A stretch of DNA of 64,000 bases from a virus. The notes beneath the pieces were generated by a model. That model was not told where the DNA came from and did not search any database. It was given only the letters and a program-made list of their open reading frames with translations. The stretch lies in IMG/VR virus record IMGVR_UViG_3300031669_000007, positions 28,631 through 92,630 of that record. One strand, given 5' to 3'. Positions 30,408-40,786 of this stretch are shown one piece after another. The translations under genes were made by a program, and so were the position numbers. The first letter of the stretch is position 1. The number at the start of each line of letters is the position of its first letter.

Positions 30408-33028
30408 TGCTGATACCTTAGAATAAACATTGTTTCGTCTTCTGGCTTATCAAATACTAACTTTGCTTTAAATGCCATTCTATGAAAATCGTAGTATTCT
30501 TGTACGACATAATTCCCAGGATAATTTTTTTGCATTTGTTCTGCCACATATAGTATTGTATCCTCTTTGCCAGGATTGAATGTTTTCTCTGAGTAGATCT
30601 TATCTAAATATCTGTTATAGTTCATGCTTTATTCTCAATGACGATTATCTTCCCCACCGCAGTGAGAACAACGTCGCATCTATATCGTTAAAAAATCTAA
30701 TGCCTGATCTTCCTGTCCCATCGTTTGCTTCCCCTATAGTCCAACGCTGTTCATCTGGAAGCGGAGGATTAGGCATGTTTTCCTCTAACCACAAGCCTAT
30801 ATCTATCTCGGACTTACCCTTTGTTGCCGAGAAGTAAAATTCTAAATCAACCATTATGCCCACTTCAATGCGAACAATATCGCATCCTTCTCGTTGTCGA
30901 AGCACCACACTACTTCTCCTTCTTTGACACCTGCGTATGTAATCATACTGCTATCGTCATCATCAAGACAAGTATTTTCTTCGCACCACTTTGCCATCTC
31001 TTCCATTTTTGCATTTCGAGACTTTCCCCAAATTGAGTCTAATATAGTTGATACTCTGTGGTCACCAAACAACGAATCTTTCTTCATGCTAACTCCACTT
31101 CAATAAAAACAAGGTAAACTGTTCTTCATCCATATATGCAGTCCACAGGGTTGATCCTTTGTATATTTCTACGGTTAGACCAAATTTTCTATCGAGTAAT
31201 CTCTTAATTTCTTCTATGCTTATTAACGCAGTAGAAAACTTGTTTGCGTTCATCTCAGATCTAAAGCAATCATAAAACTTTGGATAATCCTGGAAATCAA
31301 ACTGTATCATTTCCACCTTAATAAGAAAAGCATCAAGTCTTGTTCATTAACAAAATAATATGTATCACCATTTACTATATACCAATCTGACTCTTTAAGA
31401 TTGTCTTTCAACCAATCATATCTATTTTCGAAAAGATCGCTGTTCGTTTTTCCATATCTATTTTCGAAAAGATCGCTGTTCGTTTTTCCATGCAGCCTTG
31501 TCTTAAAGGGCCAAATCTTTTTATTCAATTCTCTCATAGCCAACGCAATGTAAACATTGTAGCATGAATTGGGTCACGAAAGTAGAAGATCATGCCGTCT
31601 CTATACCACATTTTTTCACCGAAAGTCTCCGTGCAATAGGGTTCATATTTGAATCCCTCTGACATAAATGCTCTTGTTGTCATCTCAACTCGAACCCAAA
31701 AGATTTCTTTCCACAATAGATGCAACGGCATACTTGTTATTGTTGTTAATTTATCGAACCAAGTCTCTTTTCTCATGTCAGCTACACTGTAAGATAAACA
31801 ATGTTAGATCTTCTTCTGTATTAAATATTATCGAAAATACCAAGTCTTCTGCGACTTCAACCACATAGTTTCCTGGATATTGAGATTTGATGTAACTTTC
31901 AACTTTTTCTTGTAGTCTTGTATCTATGGGTTCTCCTCGAAATCGAGTAGAAACGTCTTTATATAAATTATCTAATATCATTGCCATCTCAACCTAAAAG
32001 CAATGCGTCGGGTTCGTATTTGAACCAAAAAAGAACAGAGGTTTGGAACGTGATTGGGTTTGTGACTCCTGCAGTTTTAAACCAATTATCCTCGCCTACT
32101 CCGTGATTTAACCACTCAACTATTTTTTCTCTGTTTTCCGTAACGCAGTCGGATGACAGTTGAACCTTATATTCCATTGTTACCCATCCACCGTAACGCG
32201 AAAATAGTTGCGTCCTCTGACTGACTAAACCAGAACCGTGTTCGACCAACTGAGTATGATCCATCGCTCTCATATTCCTCGCACCATCTCTGCATTTTAC
32301 CAAACTCTTCGGGCATCAAGTGTTCAGCTATAGTCACTCTATACCAAGATCCTATCTGTTCCATATTTAATGCGCCAGAATAGTTCATCTGCTGTGCCTT
32401 AATAAGAATAAAGTAGCATCTTCGTCATTTTGAAAATATACGCTAGAATAGCTAGATGTGTATTCAAGATTGCCTTGATATTTTATATTGAACCAAGAAA
32501 TCACAAATGAATATACCTCGGCGTTAGAAAAATCTTTACCCGCAACAATATCACATTCTCGACTGAATTCATTTATAATTTTGTTAAGATCAAAGTTAGT
32601 AATTTTTGTCCCCATCTTATGACCACCGTAATAAAAATAAAGTCGCGCCTTGTTCACTCTCAAAATACCAATCTTTACCACAAGCAATAAATGTATCTCT
32701 CCCGAAGTTTTTTATTGCCCATTGATATGCTGTATGCCAGGATGTATTATCCCACAATGACAAACCAGAAACAACGTGTATCATACTAACTCCATTTCAG
32801 TAAGAACATAACAAGATCTGAGTCAGTTGCAAATTCCAACGATACTGTTTCTATCCAGGATGTACCGATTCCTTCATGCAGCACTCTATTTACCTTTACA
32901 CTGTTTTCTTTTTCCATATATTTAATGTGGTCGTCTGGCACAAGGTGATAATACTGATGTCCGCCCTCATTTCTATAAGCGTTTCGAAACGGAGTAGATA
33001 TCTTTTCGATGGGGATTACTATGCTCAT
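30404..33028 (-). repeat. tandem array A2: 12 small FxL(R/K)W-tail genes (30404-30625, 30645-30854, 30854-31087, 31089-31310, 31307-31537, 31534-31776, 31778-31981, 31978-32177 frameshifted, 32167-32388, 32385-32615, 32617-32784, 32786-33028)
   Basis: C-termini such as FNDIDATLFSLRW, FDNEKDAILFALKW, FVNEQDLMLFLLRW, FSQSEDATIFALRW, FESEQGATLFLLRWS (55 aa, not in track), FATDSDLVMFLLKWS. Confidence 0.88.
31417..31491. repeat. perfect 36-bp tandem duplication (GKTNSDLFENRY x2)
   Basis: unit catatctattttcgaaaagatcgctgttcgtttttc at 31417 and 31453. Confidence 0.95.
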
Positions 33029-33723
33029 ACTTTGGCCTCTATCAACACAGATTTAATAAACTCGGTGTCGGCAACATAGTCTTTGAATTTGCGATTCCAA
33101 AAGTCTGGGTCAATAAATCTGAAGATCAATGTGACTTGTTCTTCGTTTAGTCCAGATAAGAATGCTATGCCGCTATCGCAGTTATATAGAATCCACGGAG
33201 AGATACGACCATTGACTATCATATTGCATATCTTATTGGGTGCGCCTTCTCGGAAGATATTGTTAAACTGTTTGTCTGTATCGTCTGCCCAGTTCTGCAT
33301 CTCAGTGAATGAACGCTCTAATGCATCATTGGGATGTTCTTTACGCAGATAGTCGTGTAAGTATTCGTCGTAGAACGATTCCTTCGTCCATTGATCTAAC
33401 TTTTTGTTTTCTTTAATGATCCACGCAATAAACATAGGCACATTGATTGCGCGTATTTGCACCAAGTATTGACCAAACTTAACAAATGCAGAATAGTATG
33501 GCGAATCTACAAAGTCGGCATAGGTTTTGGTCTTTGCTGATCCCTGTGTCATCTCATAGAATTTGAGATATGCTTGCATACCAAGTCTTACTCCTGATTC
33601 GTTCTCTTGCTGATATCTGCGTTTCTTTTCACACATATGAACAGACAGCGTAGAGAGTTTTCTAAAACTCTTCTCGCAGTATTTACAAGTATATTTTTCT
33701 ACTGTTGCTTCAATATTTGCCAT
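33025..33723 (-). CDS. conserved zinc-finger protein of the replication module
   Basis: CKYCEKSF..LSVHMC; GRISPW. Confidence 0.65.
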   Translation of the reverse strand: MANIEATVEKYTCKYCEKSFRKLSTLSVHMCEKKRRYQQENESGVRLGMQAYLKFYEMTQGSAKTKTYADFVDSPYYSAFVKFGQYLVQIRAINVPMFIAWIIKENKKLDQWTKESFYDEYLHDYLRKEHPNDALERSFTEMQNWADDTDKQFNNIFREGAPNKICNMIVNGRISPWILYNCDSGIAFLSGLNEEQVTLIFRFIDPDFWNRKFKDYVADTEFIKSVLIEAKV

Positions 33724-33953
33724 ACTTTATTCATTTCCATGTAGTCTACAACACAAACAAACCTATCTTCTGAAAGTTGTTTGACCGGCAACAGCCCATA
33801 AAAAATATATTCCCCGTTATCAACAATACTAGCTTTCTTCCCCAGACTTATTCCATTACTTCTTACTGTGAACGCAGAGAATATTGCTTGCTTGTCAACA
33901 TAAGAACACACTGGCAAACTCTCTACATCAAGATCCACTTTAGTAGTTGTCAT
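33699..33953 (-). CDS. hypothetical protein ending in KVWQILK
   Basis: ORF track. Confidence 0.5.
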   Translation of the reverse strand: MTTTKVDLDVESLPVCSYVDKQAIFSAFTVRSNGISLGKKASIVDNGEYIFYGLLPVKQLSEDRFVCVVDYMEMNKVWQILKQQ

Positions 33954-33958
33954 TTGAT

Positions 33959-34115
33959 ACTAGTCTTTTCTAGTTGTTTCCACATAGCTGAGTATCTTCC
34001 GAAGAAGATCAACAAAAAATGTTAGATGTTCGAGCAACTCGAAAAGGTGCTGCTGGAGATGCAGCAAGAAAAGAGTTAGAACAAAAAAGAATTCTTGAAG
34101 AAATTAGATCAAGAA
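33959..34115 (-). ncRNA. candidate structured RNA/intergenic element with five consecutive hairpins
   Basis: stems at 33959-33974, 33994-34009 (cUUCGg loop on the minus strand), 34029-34043, 34048-34066 and 34092-34115. Confidence 0.4.
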
Positions 34116-34120
34116 ATCGA

Positions 34121-34378
34121 TCAAGAAATTGATGATTCATCTTCTCTCATGAGAATCCAGATACCAAGAATTGCACGAATTATAAATACAACTAATGCAG
34201 CAAGTGGACTAAAAATAATAGCAACTACTGCATAAAAAATACAGTTAAGTAAAAATTTAGTTGATGATTTTAAAGGGAAAATGCTTGGTTGTTCTTTAAT
34301 GATTTCGAATACTTCTGCTATTATAAAGAAAAGAATTAAAGCAACAAAAACGGAAAGAACTGAATAAAGTGCTGACAT
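34121..34378 (-). CDS. small membrane protein (2-3 TM)
   Basis: AAGGAG RBS, TAAATA at about 34406, long hydrophobic stretches. Confidence 0.55.
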   Translation of the reverse strand: MSALYSVLSVFVALILFFIIAEVFEIIKEQPSIFPLKSSTKFLLNCIFYAVVAIIFSPLAALVVFIIRAILGIWILMREDESSIS

Positions 34379-34408
34379 TAGTGACTCCTTAAAATTATGT
34401 AATAGTAT

Positions 34409-34789
34409 TTATACAAGTGTATCTGACCATTTTTTTAAATATTCAAGTTTCTCCGTTCTTCTCTGCTCTATCTCCGGGTACTTAAGAATACAAAACTCTT
34501 TTATCTGTTTGAGCATATCTGCCAGTGCTTCGTCTGTCTCTGCCAATGCAACAATTTCTTCAACCTCTGATGTTGTAAATATTTTCCCCATTTAACCTGG
34601 TCCTGGATAGTCTGTTCCTTTAATTGCTGGTTGTCGATATCTCGGTGAACCTTTGAGAACATAATATACCTCGGCCTTATCCAAGAGTTCTTTCATTGCG
34701 GGATCAGTTTCTGCAAGTTGCATGATTCCCTTCATGGTGTTTATTCTCTTTTGTTCTTTTTTTACCCAACCATCAATCCATGTTGCCAT
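34409..34789 (-). CDS. two small paralogs (34409-34591, 34592-34789) of the LAETDxAL family; third member at 35687-35869
   Basis: LAETDEALADML, LAETDPAMKELL, AQTDEGLTDLL. Confidence 0.65.
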
Positions 34790-35262
34790 TATCCAAGTTC
34801 TTTCTTAATCTGTTCTTTAGTCATTCCTAAATCTACGGCCAACTTTTTAATATCTGCCGCTGTGTTTAGATTTGCCATTAGAGTAATGTCCTCTGCCTTC
34901 ATTGTTGGATACATCTTTACTAAAAACTTTTCTGCCTTGTTGTTTGCTGCTGCCTTCTTAGGCGCTGCTAACCACTGATGATTTTGATTGCCCATACCAG
35001 GAGAAATCGTTGATGCTGCGAGCCAGTTCAGTTTATCGTGTGCTTTTTTGATATCAAAAAAGTTTTTGTTCAATCGCAAGTTAGTCGACTGTAGATAATA
35101 TTGCTGTAGTTCAGGAATACCGCTCACGCTTGAACCATATCGTATCATCAAGAAAGTGCTGAACTTTTTCTTTTCCTCATCTGTGAGACTATCGTAGAAC
35201 TCGCGGTCTTTTGAATCAAGAGCCCGCATCTCTGATGCTACGCTAAGTCTATCAATTGCCAT
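34789..35262 (-). CDS. clamp-loader small subunit-like (T4 gp62-like)
   Basis: FSTFLMIRYGS..N..LN..WL..H.W...K; replication-module context. Confidence 0.55.
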   Translation of the reverse strand: MAIDRLSVASEMRALDSKDREFYDSLTDEEKKKFSTFLMIRYGSSVSGIPELQQYYLQSTNLRLNKNFFDIKKAHDKLNWLAASTISPGMGNQNHQWLAAPKKAAANNKAEKFLVKMYPTMKAEDITLMANLNTAADIKKLAVDLGMTKEQIKKELG

Positions 35263-36481
35263 CTTTTATCACATCCAAAAGTGTTCCGTTTTTTCTAAAT
35301 CTGTCGATGAATATGTGGTCTCTTGAGTAATATGTCTTCAGCCATATAGTTTCGTCTTCGCTCATATATGTTGGTAACCAAGCAAAGCGTTTCTTCCATG
35401 GATGCCACTCTTCTATTTTTCTTGCTTCAAACACGTCTGCCCAATCTAATCCCACCGTCTTACTCCAATAACAAAACTATCGTCGTAACTATCGTTTGTT
35501 GTGCTCAGAACATTTAATAGTGTTCCATATTCACTGCTAACTGGGCCGCGTACCGATAACCACAACCAAGACTTTCGTCGATATATCCTCTTTCCCCACA
35601 CCCAGCTATTATCAATCAATCTAACTGGTCGCCAAGCATACCATTCTCTCCACCCGGTATAAACTCGCTCAAATGGCATTGGCCAATTATCCGCCGCCAT
35701 CATTTCCTCCGTTATCTTTCTCTTCGAGAAGCCGGTAATACATTATACACTGATTGAGAAGATCTGTCAAGCCTTCATCTGTCTGCGCCCTGGTGTGAAT
35801 GGCGTCCCACAGCTTTCTTTCGCCAGATGTCGTTGGTCTAAAAGTTTCCATAAGATTTATCCTCCCCACGCTTGTGATTCTCCGATGTTATTATTTTCTA
35901 CTGTTTTAATCACATCAAGTATTGTGCCGTATTCCCAACCCCAGTCTATACCATTTACATATCGTTGTCTACGGTAAATACTTTTGAACCAATACCTATC
36001 GCCGTTTATTTTAACAGGCAATATAGCAAAATGTTTTTGCCACTGCCCTCTCAGATCAGGTATATTGCCGTCGGGAAACATGCTCATTGTTCGTTGCTTT
36101 TTATTAAGTCAAGAAGTGTTCCATACTGAACATTGTAAAACTCTCCTCGTATTATTTCATATCGTCTGTAAACAGTCGTGAACCAATACTTTTGTCCATC
36201 TATATACACGGGTTTCAGGGCAAAATACTTCTTCCATTTGGTCTTTGGTGGGTATGCAAGGTTATTTGATGCCCCATCTCCCCAAGATTCCATGCTCATC
36301 CTCCATCTCCCTTTATCATATCAAACAGTGTTCCACGATCAAGATAACTACAGTATAGATTGTATCCTTGACGCTCATAGTATGACTTAAACCACACTAT
36401 GCCATTCTTTGTTTTTTTGGGTAAGAAGGCAAATTTCTTTGTCCATGGTTCCCATCTGATTCTTGTCTTATATTTTCCCAT
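35252..36481 (-). repeat. tandem array B: 5 Trp-rich small paralogs (35252-35455, 35446-35703, 35857-36087, 36084-36299, 36296-36481)
   Basis: W..(F/Y)A..P......W.K..Y.R...GT(L/I)(L/F)(D/N)(V/L/M)(I/L). Confidence 0.85.
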
Positions 36482-36574
36482 AATTGTTTATCTCTTTGAT
36501 CGAGTTGCACTTGCTTCACTCGTGGCCAGAAACCATCGTCTGAATCAACCGTGTCTTTTTCTGGATATGCCATT

Positions 36575-37078
36575 TTACCAAGCGTGTTGATAGTTTACTA
36601 CTTCGCTTTGACGCGAAATATCTTTTACAAAAAACGCGCACAGTGGCTTTTCAACATTTTCTTTCAGCGGCACTGCGAGCATCTGCCCGGGTTTTAGTTT
36701 AGGGAAGAACCACTTTACATCCTGGTAGATATCAATGACTTCTACTGGCATGAATGTTGGACTGTATCCTTCTAATGGATTAAATGTGAATACACTGAAG
36801 CCACGATCATTAATGCTGGTTAATGGCACGACTTCTAAGTCGCCCAAGTCGGGTTCCCCAATAAGTATTTGCCAATCAACAGGCATACGAATAACATCTT
36901 CTCCGATACGCAATACAAGCGCCGGACTGTTAAAGCTTTCCAAGAAGATTAGCGGAATAAAAAAGTAATCTGGGTCTTTTGGGTTGCTATTGTCAAAAAT
37001 GCAAAAGCGTAGGTCATCTACTTCATCTGGCACTTGGTCCATACTGAAGGCTTTATTTTCTAAGGTTAGAATTCGCAG
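36575..37078 (-). CDS. conserved protein, probable CTG start ((M)RILTLENKAF...); possibly Hint-like fold
   Basis: AGGAG 6 nt upstream of an in-frame CTG. Confidence 0.6.
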   Translation of the reverse strand: MRILTLENKAFSMDQVPDEVDDLRFCIFDNSNPKDPDYFFIPLIFLESFNSPALVLRIGEDVIRMPVDWQILIGEPDLGDLEVVPLTSINDRGFSVFTFNPLEGYSPTFMPVEVIDIYQDVKWFFPKLKPGQMLAVPLKENVEKPLCAFFVKDISRQSEVVNYQHAW

Positions 37079-37131
37079 AATGTTCTCCTTTTATATAAAT
37101 AGTTATATCAGTTAAAATTTTAGGAACCGAT

Positions 37132-37953
37132 ATGTATCTGCAAAACAAATATACTACATGTTATTATAACATCATAAACAAAGCAAAGTCAAGAAAGAAT
37201 ATAACCGAATATACCGAAATTCATCATATAATACCGAAATCTCTTGGTGGCGATAATTCTCCTGAAAACTTGGTTAGACTGACTGCACGAGAACATTTTA
37301 TTTGTCATTTACTTTTACCCAAAATGCTTGAAGGTAAAAATAAACGAAGCATGTCTTTTGCTATCTGGTCAATGATGAACTTAGATCATTCAAATAGTAG
37401 GCAACGATATAAGGTAAATTCTCATTTATATAATCTTCTTAAAAAGAAAGTTTCAATTGCCTTATCAGAATTACATAAAGGCAAAGTTGTTTCTAATGAA
37501 ACACGAGAGAAACAATCTAAGGCACGAAAAGGAAAAGAAAGTCCCAACAAAAACAAGCCAATGAAAGAAACGCAAAAAGAAAAATTAAGAGAATTAATTG
37601 CTAAAAAAGGAAAAAGAACATTAAGCAATAATCCTAATGCAAAATCAACTATTGTAAATAGTATGACATATGGTTCTAAATTAGAGGCGTGTGCTTCTCT
37701 TAAAATATCTAAATATAAACTTGATTGCATACTATCCGGAATAGACCGATCAACAAAGGGCAAAAAACAAAGTCCAGAACATATTGCCAAAAGAATTGCG
37801 CCGTTGCGTGGTAGAAAACAATCTATTGAGTCGTGCCAAAAAATGAAAGAGGGGCATAAAAGTAGAGAATACATAATATGTGAATATTGTGGTATATCTT
37901 TTTCAAAACAAAATTATATTAGATGGCACGGCAATAAATGCAGAAATAAGTAA
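37132..37953 (+). mobile_element. HNH homing endonuclease with NUMOD3 repeats
   Basis: EIHHIIPKSLGGDNSPENLVRLTAREHFICHLLL; TATAAATA upstream. Confidence 0.9.
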
Positions 37954-37955
37954 AA

Positions 37956-38807
37956 CTACTTACTCTTTGCTTGCCAATCTATTTTTTCTACTGAATACTT
38001 ATATTCTGCTTCTGTGTAGTATTTCTTCCGCACAGTTAGGTGTCGTTTGCTGAACTTACAGGTTGAAGTTACGTCGTAGATGTTAACTGAGTCTTTGTCG
38101 TGCGCTAATCGCAAACCGCGACCGATAGATTGAATAACACGAACGAATGATTTCCCTGGTTCTATTAGCACCACATTAAATAATCTTGGCACGTTGATAC
38201 CAACAGCGGCGATGCCATAAGTGCAGATTGTTATTGTATTATTTTCTGTTGCAATAGAGGCGTATTGTTCTTTTCTATCGTCGGCCTTTGTCTGGCTATT
38301 CATAAAGACTGCGCCAGGCATACATGCTGCCATTGCTTTTCCTGGCTCAACTCGATCAATTAGAACAAGAGTATTTCCTGTTTTGCTAATTTCCACAATC
38401 ATTTCTACCATCTTGTGCTGTCTGTCTACGTTAGTAAGAAGATATTTTAGCTCATCTTGATACTTAGGATACTCGCCATAATCAATCAATTGTTTGACAT
38501 AAACGTGGCAGTTTGATAGAATACCTTTCTCTTGCAGTTCACTGGCTTTAACTGTGCCAATAACTTCTCCAACAGAAACCTGTAGAGAGCGTTTCTCAAA
38601 TTCCTCTTTTGGAATCGTTCCAGTAATTGCCCAACGGATTGGAATACGGGCTGCTGGTCCAGTCATAAGTGATAGTAGAGCATCTGCCTTAAGACCGTGG
38701 CAATTTGATACCACTAATCCATTTGCCACATAGTTGTGATTTTCTTTAACGTGTAGATTATACGTCATTGGCGTTTTTTCAATTAGTGTTTTTTTGATTA
38801 CTTTCAT
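37956..38807 (-). CDS. uvsW: UvsW-like SF2 helicase C-terminal half with a 35-aa split-intein C fragment
   Basis: TYNLHVKENHNYVANGLVVSN|CHGLK; ITGT; QSIGRGLR. Confidence 0.9.
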   Translation of the reverse strand: MKVIKKTLIEKTPMTYNLHVKENHNYVANGLVVSNCHGLKADALLSLMTGPAARIPIRWAITGTIPKEEFEKRSLQVSVGEVIGTVKASELQEKGILSNCHVYVKQLIDYGEYPKYQDELKYLLTNVDRQHKMVEMIVEISKTGNTLVLIDRVEPGKAMAACMPGAVFMNSQTKADDRKEQYASIATENNTITICTYGIAAVGINVPRLFNVVLIEPGKSFVRVIQSIGRGLRLAHDKDSVNIYDVTSTCKFSKRHLTVRKKYYTEAEYKYSVEKIDWQAKSK

Positions 38808-39700
38808 TTAATACCTCTTATTTTTTCTTTAACATCTTCCGGCAAATCAGATGCAAGCAAAGCATACATATTCTCTTTAAGGTATTTCTGTGTGATTACT
38901 AAATACTGACCGCTATTTTCCGCAGCCCACTTCTCCGCCCACACTTTCTTTGCCTTAAATTTTTCATCGTATGTATGCTCAACTGGCTTAACCTCAATTA
39001 ATGTATTGGTTATCGGATCATAAAAATCTACGATATAAATTTTTTCTTTTCCATCTAACCAATAACTAATACGAACTGTTTCATATTCATATGTTGGATT
39101 TAATGCGAACCAGGCTGCTTCCCACGAACTTCTAAATTTCTTTCCCTTATATTCAACTTGCCAATGTGTTCCACTGTTTCGTATATTAGGAGTAAATTTT
39201 CCAGTCTTAATATTTTCCTTCATCTTGTCAGATGCTCGTTGCCGTTCTTCTTCAGTCGGGCTATATCCAAACATCGGGTTACCTTCTCCAGTTTTTTGCT
39301 GACTATACTTCATCAGTCGAGTATCAGTCTCTTTAGTAAGTCCTTTGTTCCAAGGATCTTTTTCTTTGTGCCATTCTTGATTTTTGCCAGATTCTCTTGC
39401 TTTTCTTAAATTTTCTTTAGCAATTTTTCTTATCTGCGGATTTTTCTTTTGGCAAATTATACCGCCAACTTTGGCTAATTGTGATTTATGCTGTTTGATG
39501 TATTCCTTACTAATGGCTATATCAGTGTGATAGGCCAGATCCATATTCCAACCAGATGCCAATCTTCTCTTGAACTGACCTACTTTATTTGGTGTGTCTA
39601 AGACTATCCCGTTAGATAATATTGTATATTTTTGAGAATATTGATCAACTCTAATTGTAAATCCTGCTATTTCTAATCGATTATTCCAAATAGTGTTCAT
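38804..39700 (-). mobile_element. free-standing PD-(D/E)XK (TnsA-N-like) endonuclease with NUMOD3, between the intein halves
   Basis: PWNKGLTKETD, NPMFG, FRSSWE..YEYE..YIVDF..LIEVKP. Confidence 0.8.
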
Positions 39701-39742
39701 AATGTATCTGCCTTTAGTGTATGTATTTATAGTAGATACACA

Positions 39743-40756
39743 TCAATAACTAATTATATTATCATTTTCGGTAATATCTCTCGCCTCGACCCATCCTCGA
39801 TCAGTAAGCATCTTATGATTGCCCGTAATTTGAATTTTACTACCATCTTCCATTTCAAACTCATACATCTCTGCGCTGTTGCTTTTTGGTAGATTGGTAT
39901 GTAATTTTACCACTTCATCGATGATAAATTCTTTTGTTTGTTCATTGAACGAAAATACTTTATCGCCGGGTTGCAGTGTCTCGATTGGAACTTCGCCGGT
40001 CGGTGTTTTGATCAAGGTTCCTGGAGCAAGACACTCATCAACCATAATACAGACAACTCCATCAATAAAATCCTCAAACGGAATTTGTGCTGATCCATCT
40101 TTTGTATTTTTAAATAATGAGTTTAGGCTTTGCCACGTGCAGATTGTATGAGTCTTTGTGTATTCTTTCCTATCACCATAGAATACACCAGCATCTAATT
40201 CCATATTGATATAGTCTTCTTCTGTTTGCCTTACAAGATCTTTGCTTGGCACAACCACGATTGTTCTACCATATGGCTCACACTTGTGGCTCAGCACTGC
40301 TGTTAGTATTGTTTTACCAAAGCCGGTAGCCAGACATTGAATGCCCTGTGTATTCTGTAAAAAGACATTGATTGCTTCTACTTGATCATCTCGTAAGGAG
40401 ATAGATTCTCCCTCGTGTTTGTGGCCTTTTGGCCATTTGATGTGAGAATAACTTGTCTCTGTTACTTCTTCGAAGGAGAATTCGTTATTGTAATCACGTA
40501 GATCTTCTAACTCAATGTCATATCCCTCTGAATCCAACATTGGTAGAATTTCAGGAAGCAAGTTGATATATGTTTTAGTTCCGATAGAACAAAATGATTT
40601 TTTACCGTCCCATCTTCCTAATCTTACGGCAGGCGTATATCGCGCTCCGGGGATGTCGTACTTAAAAGTGTTCGAAAGTTTTTTTCTAATACCAAGTTCT
40701 AATCCAGTGACCTGACAATTTGTTTCGTCCTGAATTGTGATAAGACATTTAGCCAT
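39743..40756 (-). CDS. uvsW: UvsW-like helicase N-terminal half with a 96-aa split-intein N fragment
   Basis: LATGFGKT; IMVDE|CLAPGTLIKT..ITGNHKMLTDRGW. Confidence 0.92.
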   Translation of the reverse strand: MAKCLITIQDETNCQVTGLELGIRKKLSNTFKYDIPGARYTPAVRLGRWDGKKSFCSIGTKTYINLLPEILPMLDSEGYDIELEDLRDYNNEFSFEEVTETSYSHIKWPKGHKHEGESISLRDDQVEAINVFLQNTQGIQCLATGFGKTILTAVLSHKCEPYGRTIVVVPSKDLVRQTEEDYINMELDAGVFYGDRKEYTKTHTICTWQSLNSLFKNTKDGSAQIPFEDFIDGVVCIMVDECLAPGTLIKTPTGEVPIETLQPGDKVFSFNEQTKEFIIDEVVKLHTNLPKSNSAEMYEFEMEDGSKIQITGNHKMLTDRGWVEARDITENDNIISY

Positions 40757-40786
40757 TGCTGTTTCCTTTAATATAAATAATAGATA

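Noticed and set aside
27537-33028. Diversity-generating retroelement or integron cassette array as the source of the small-gene arrays
   Set aside because: No reverse transcriptase or integrase, no TR/VR pair, no attC-like spacers; genes overlap directly and similarity is at protein level
38804-39742. Group I intron interrupting uvsW
   Set aside because: No room for a ribozyme core; both halves carry intein motifs and their own start and stop codons
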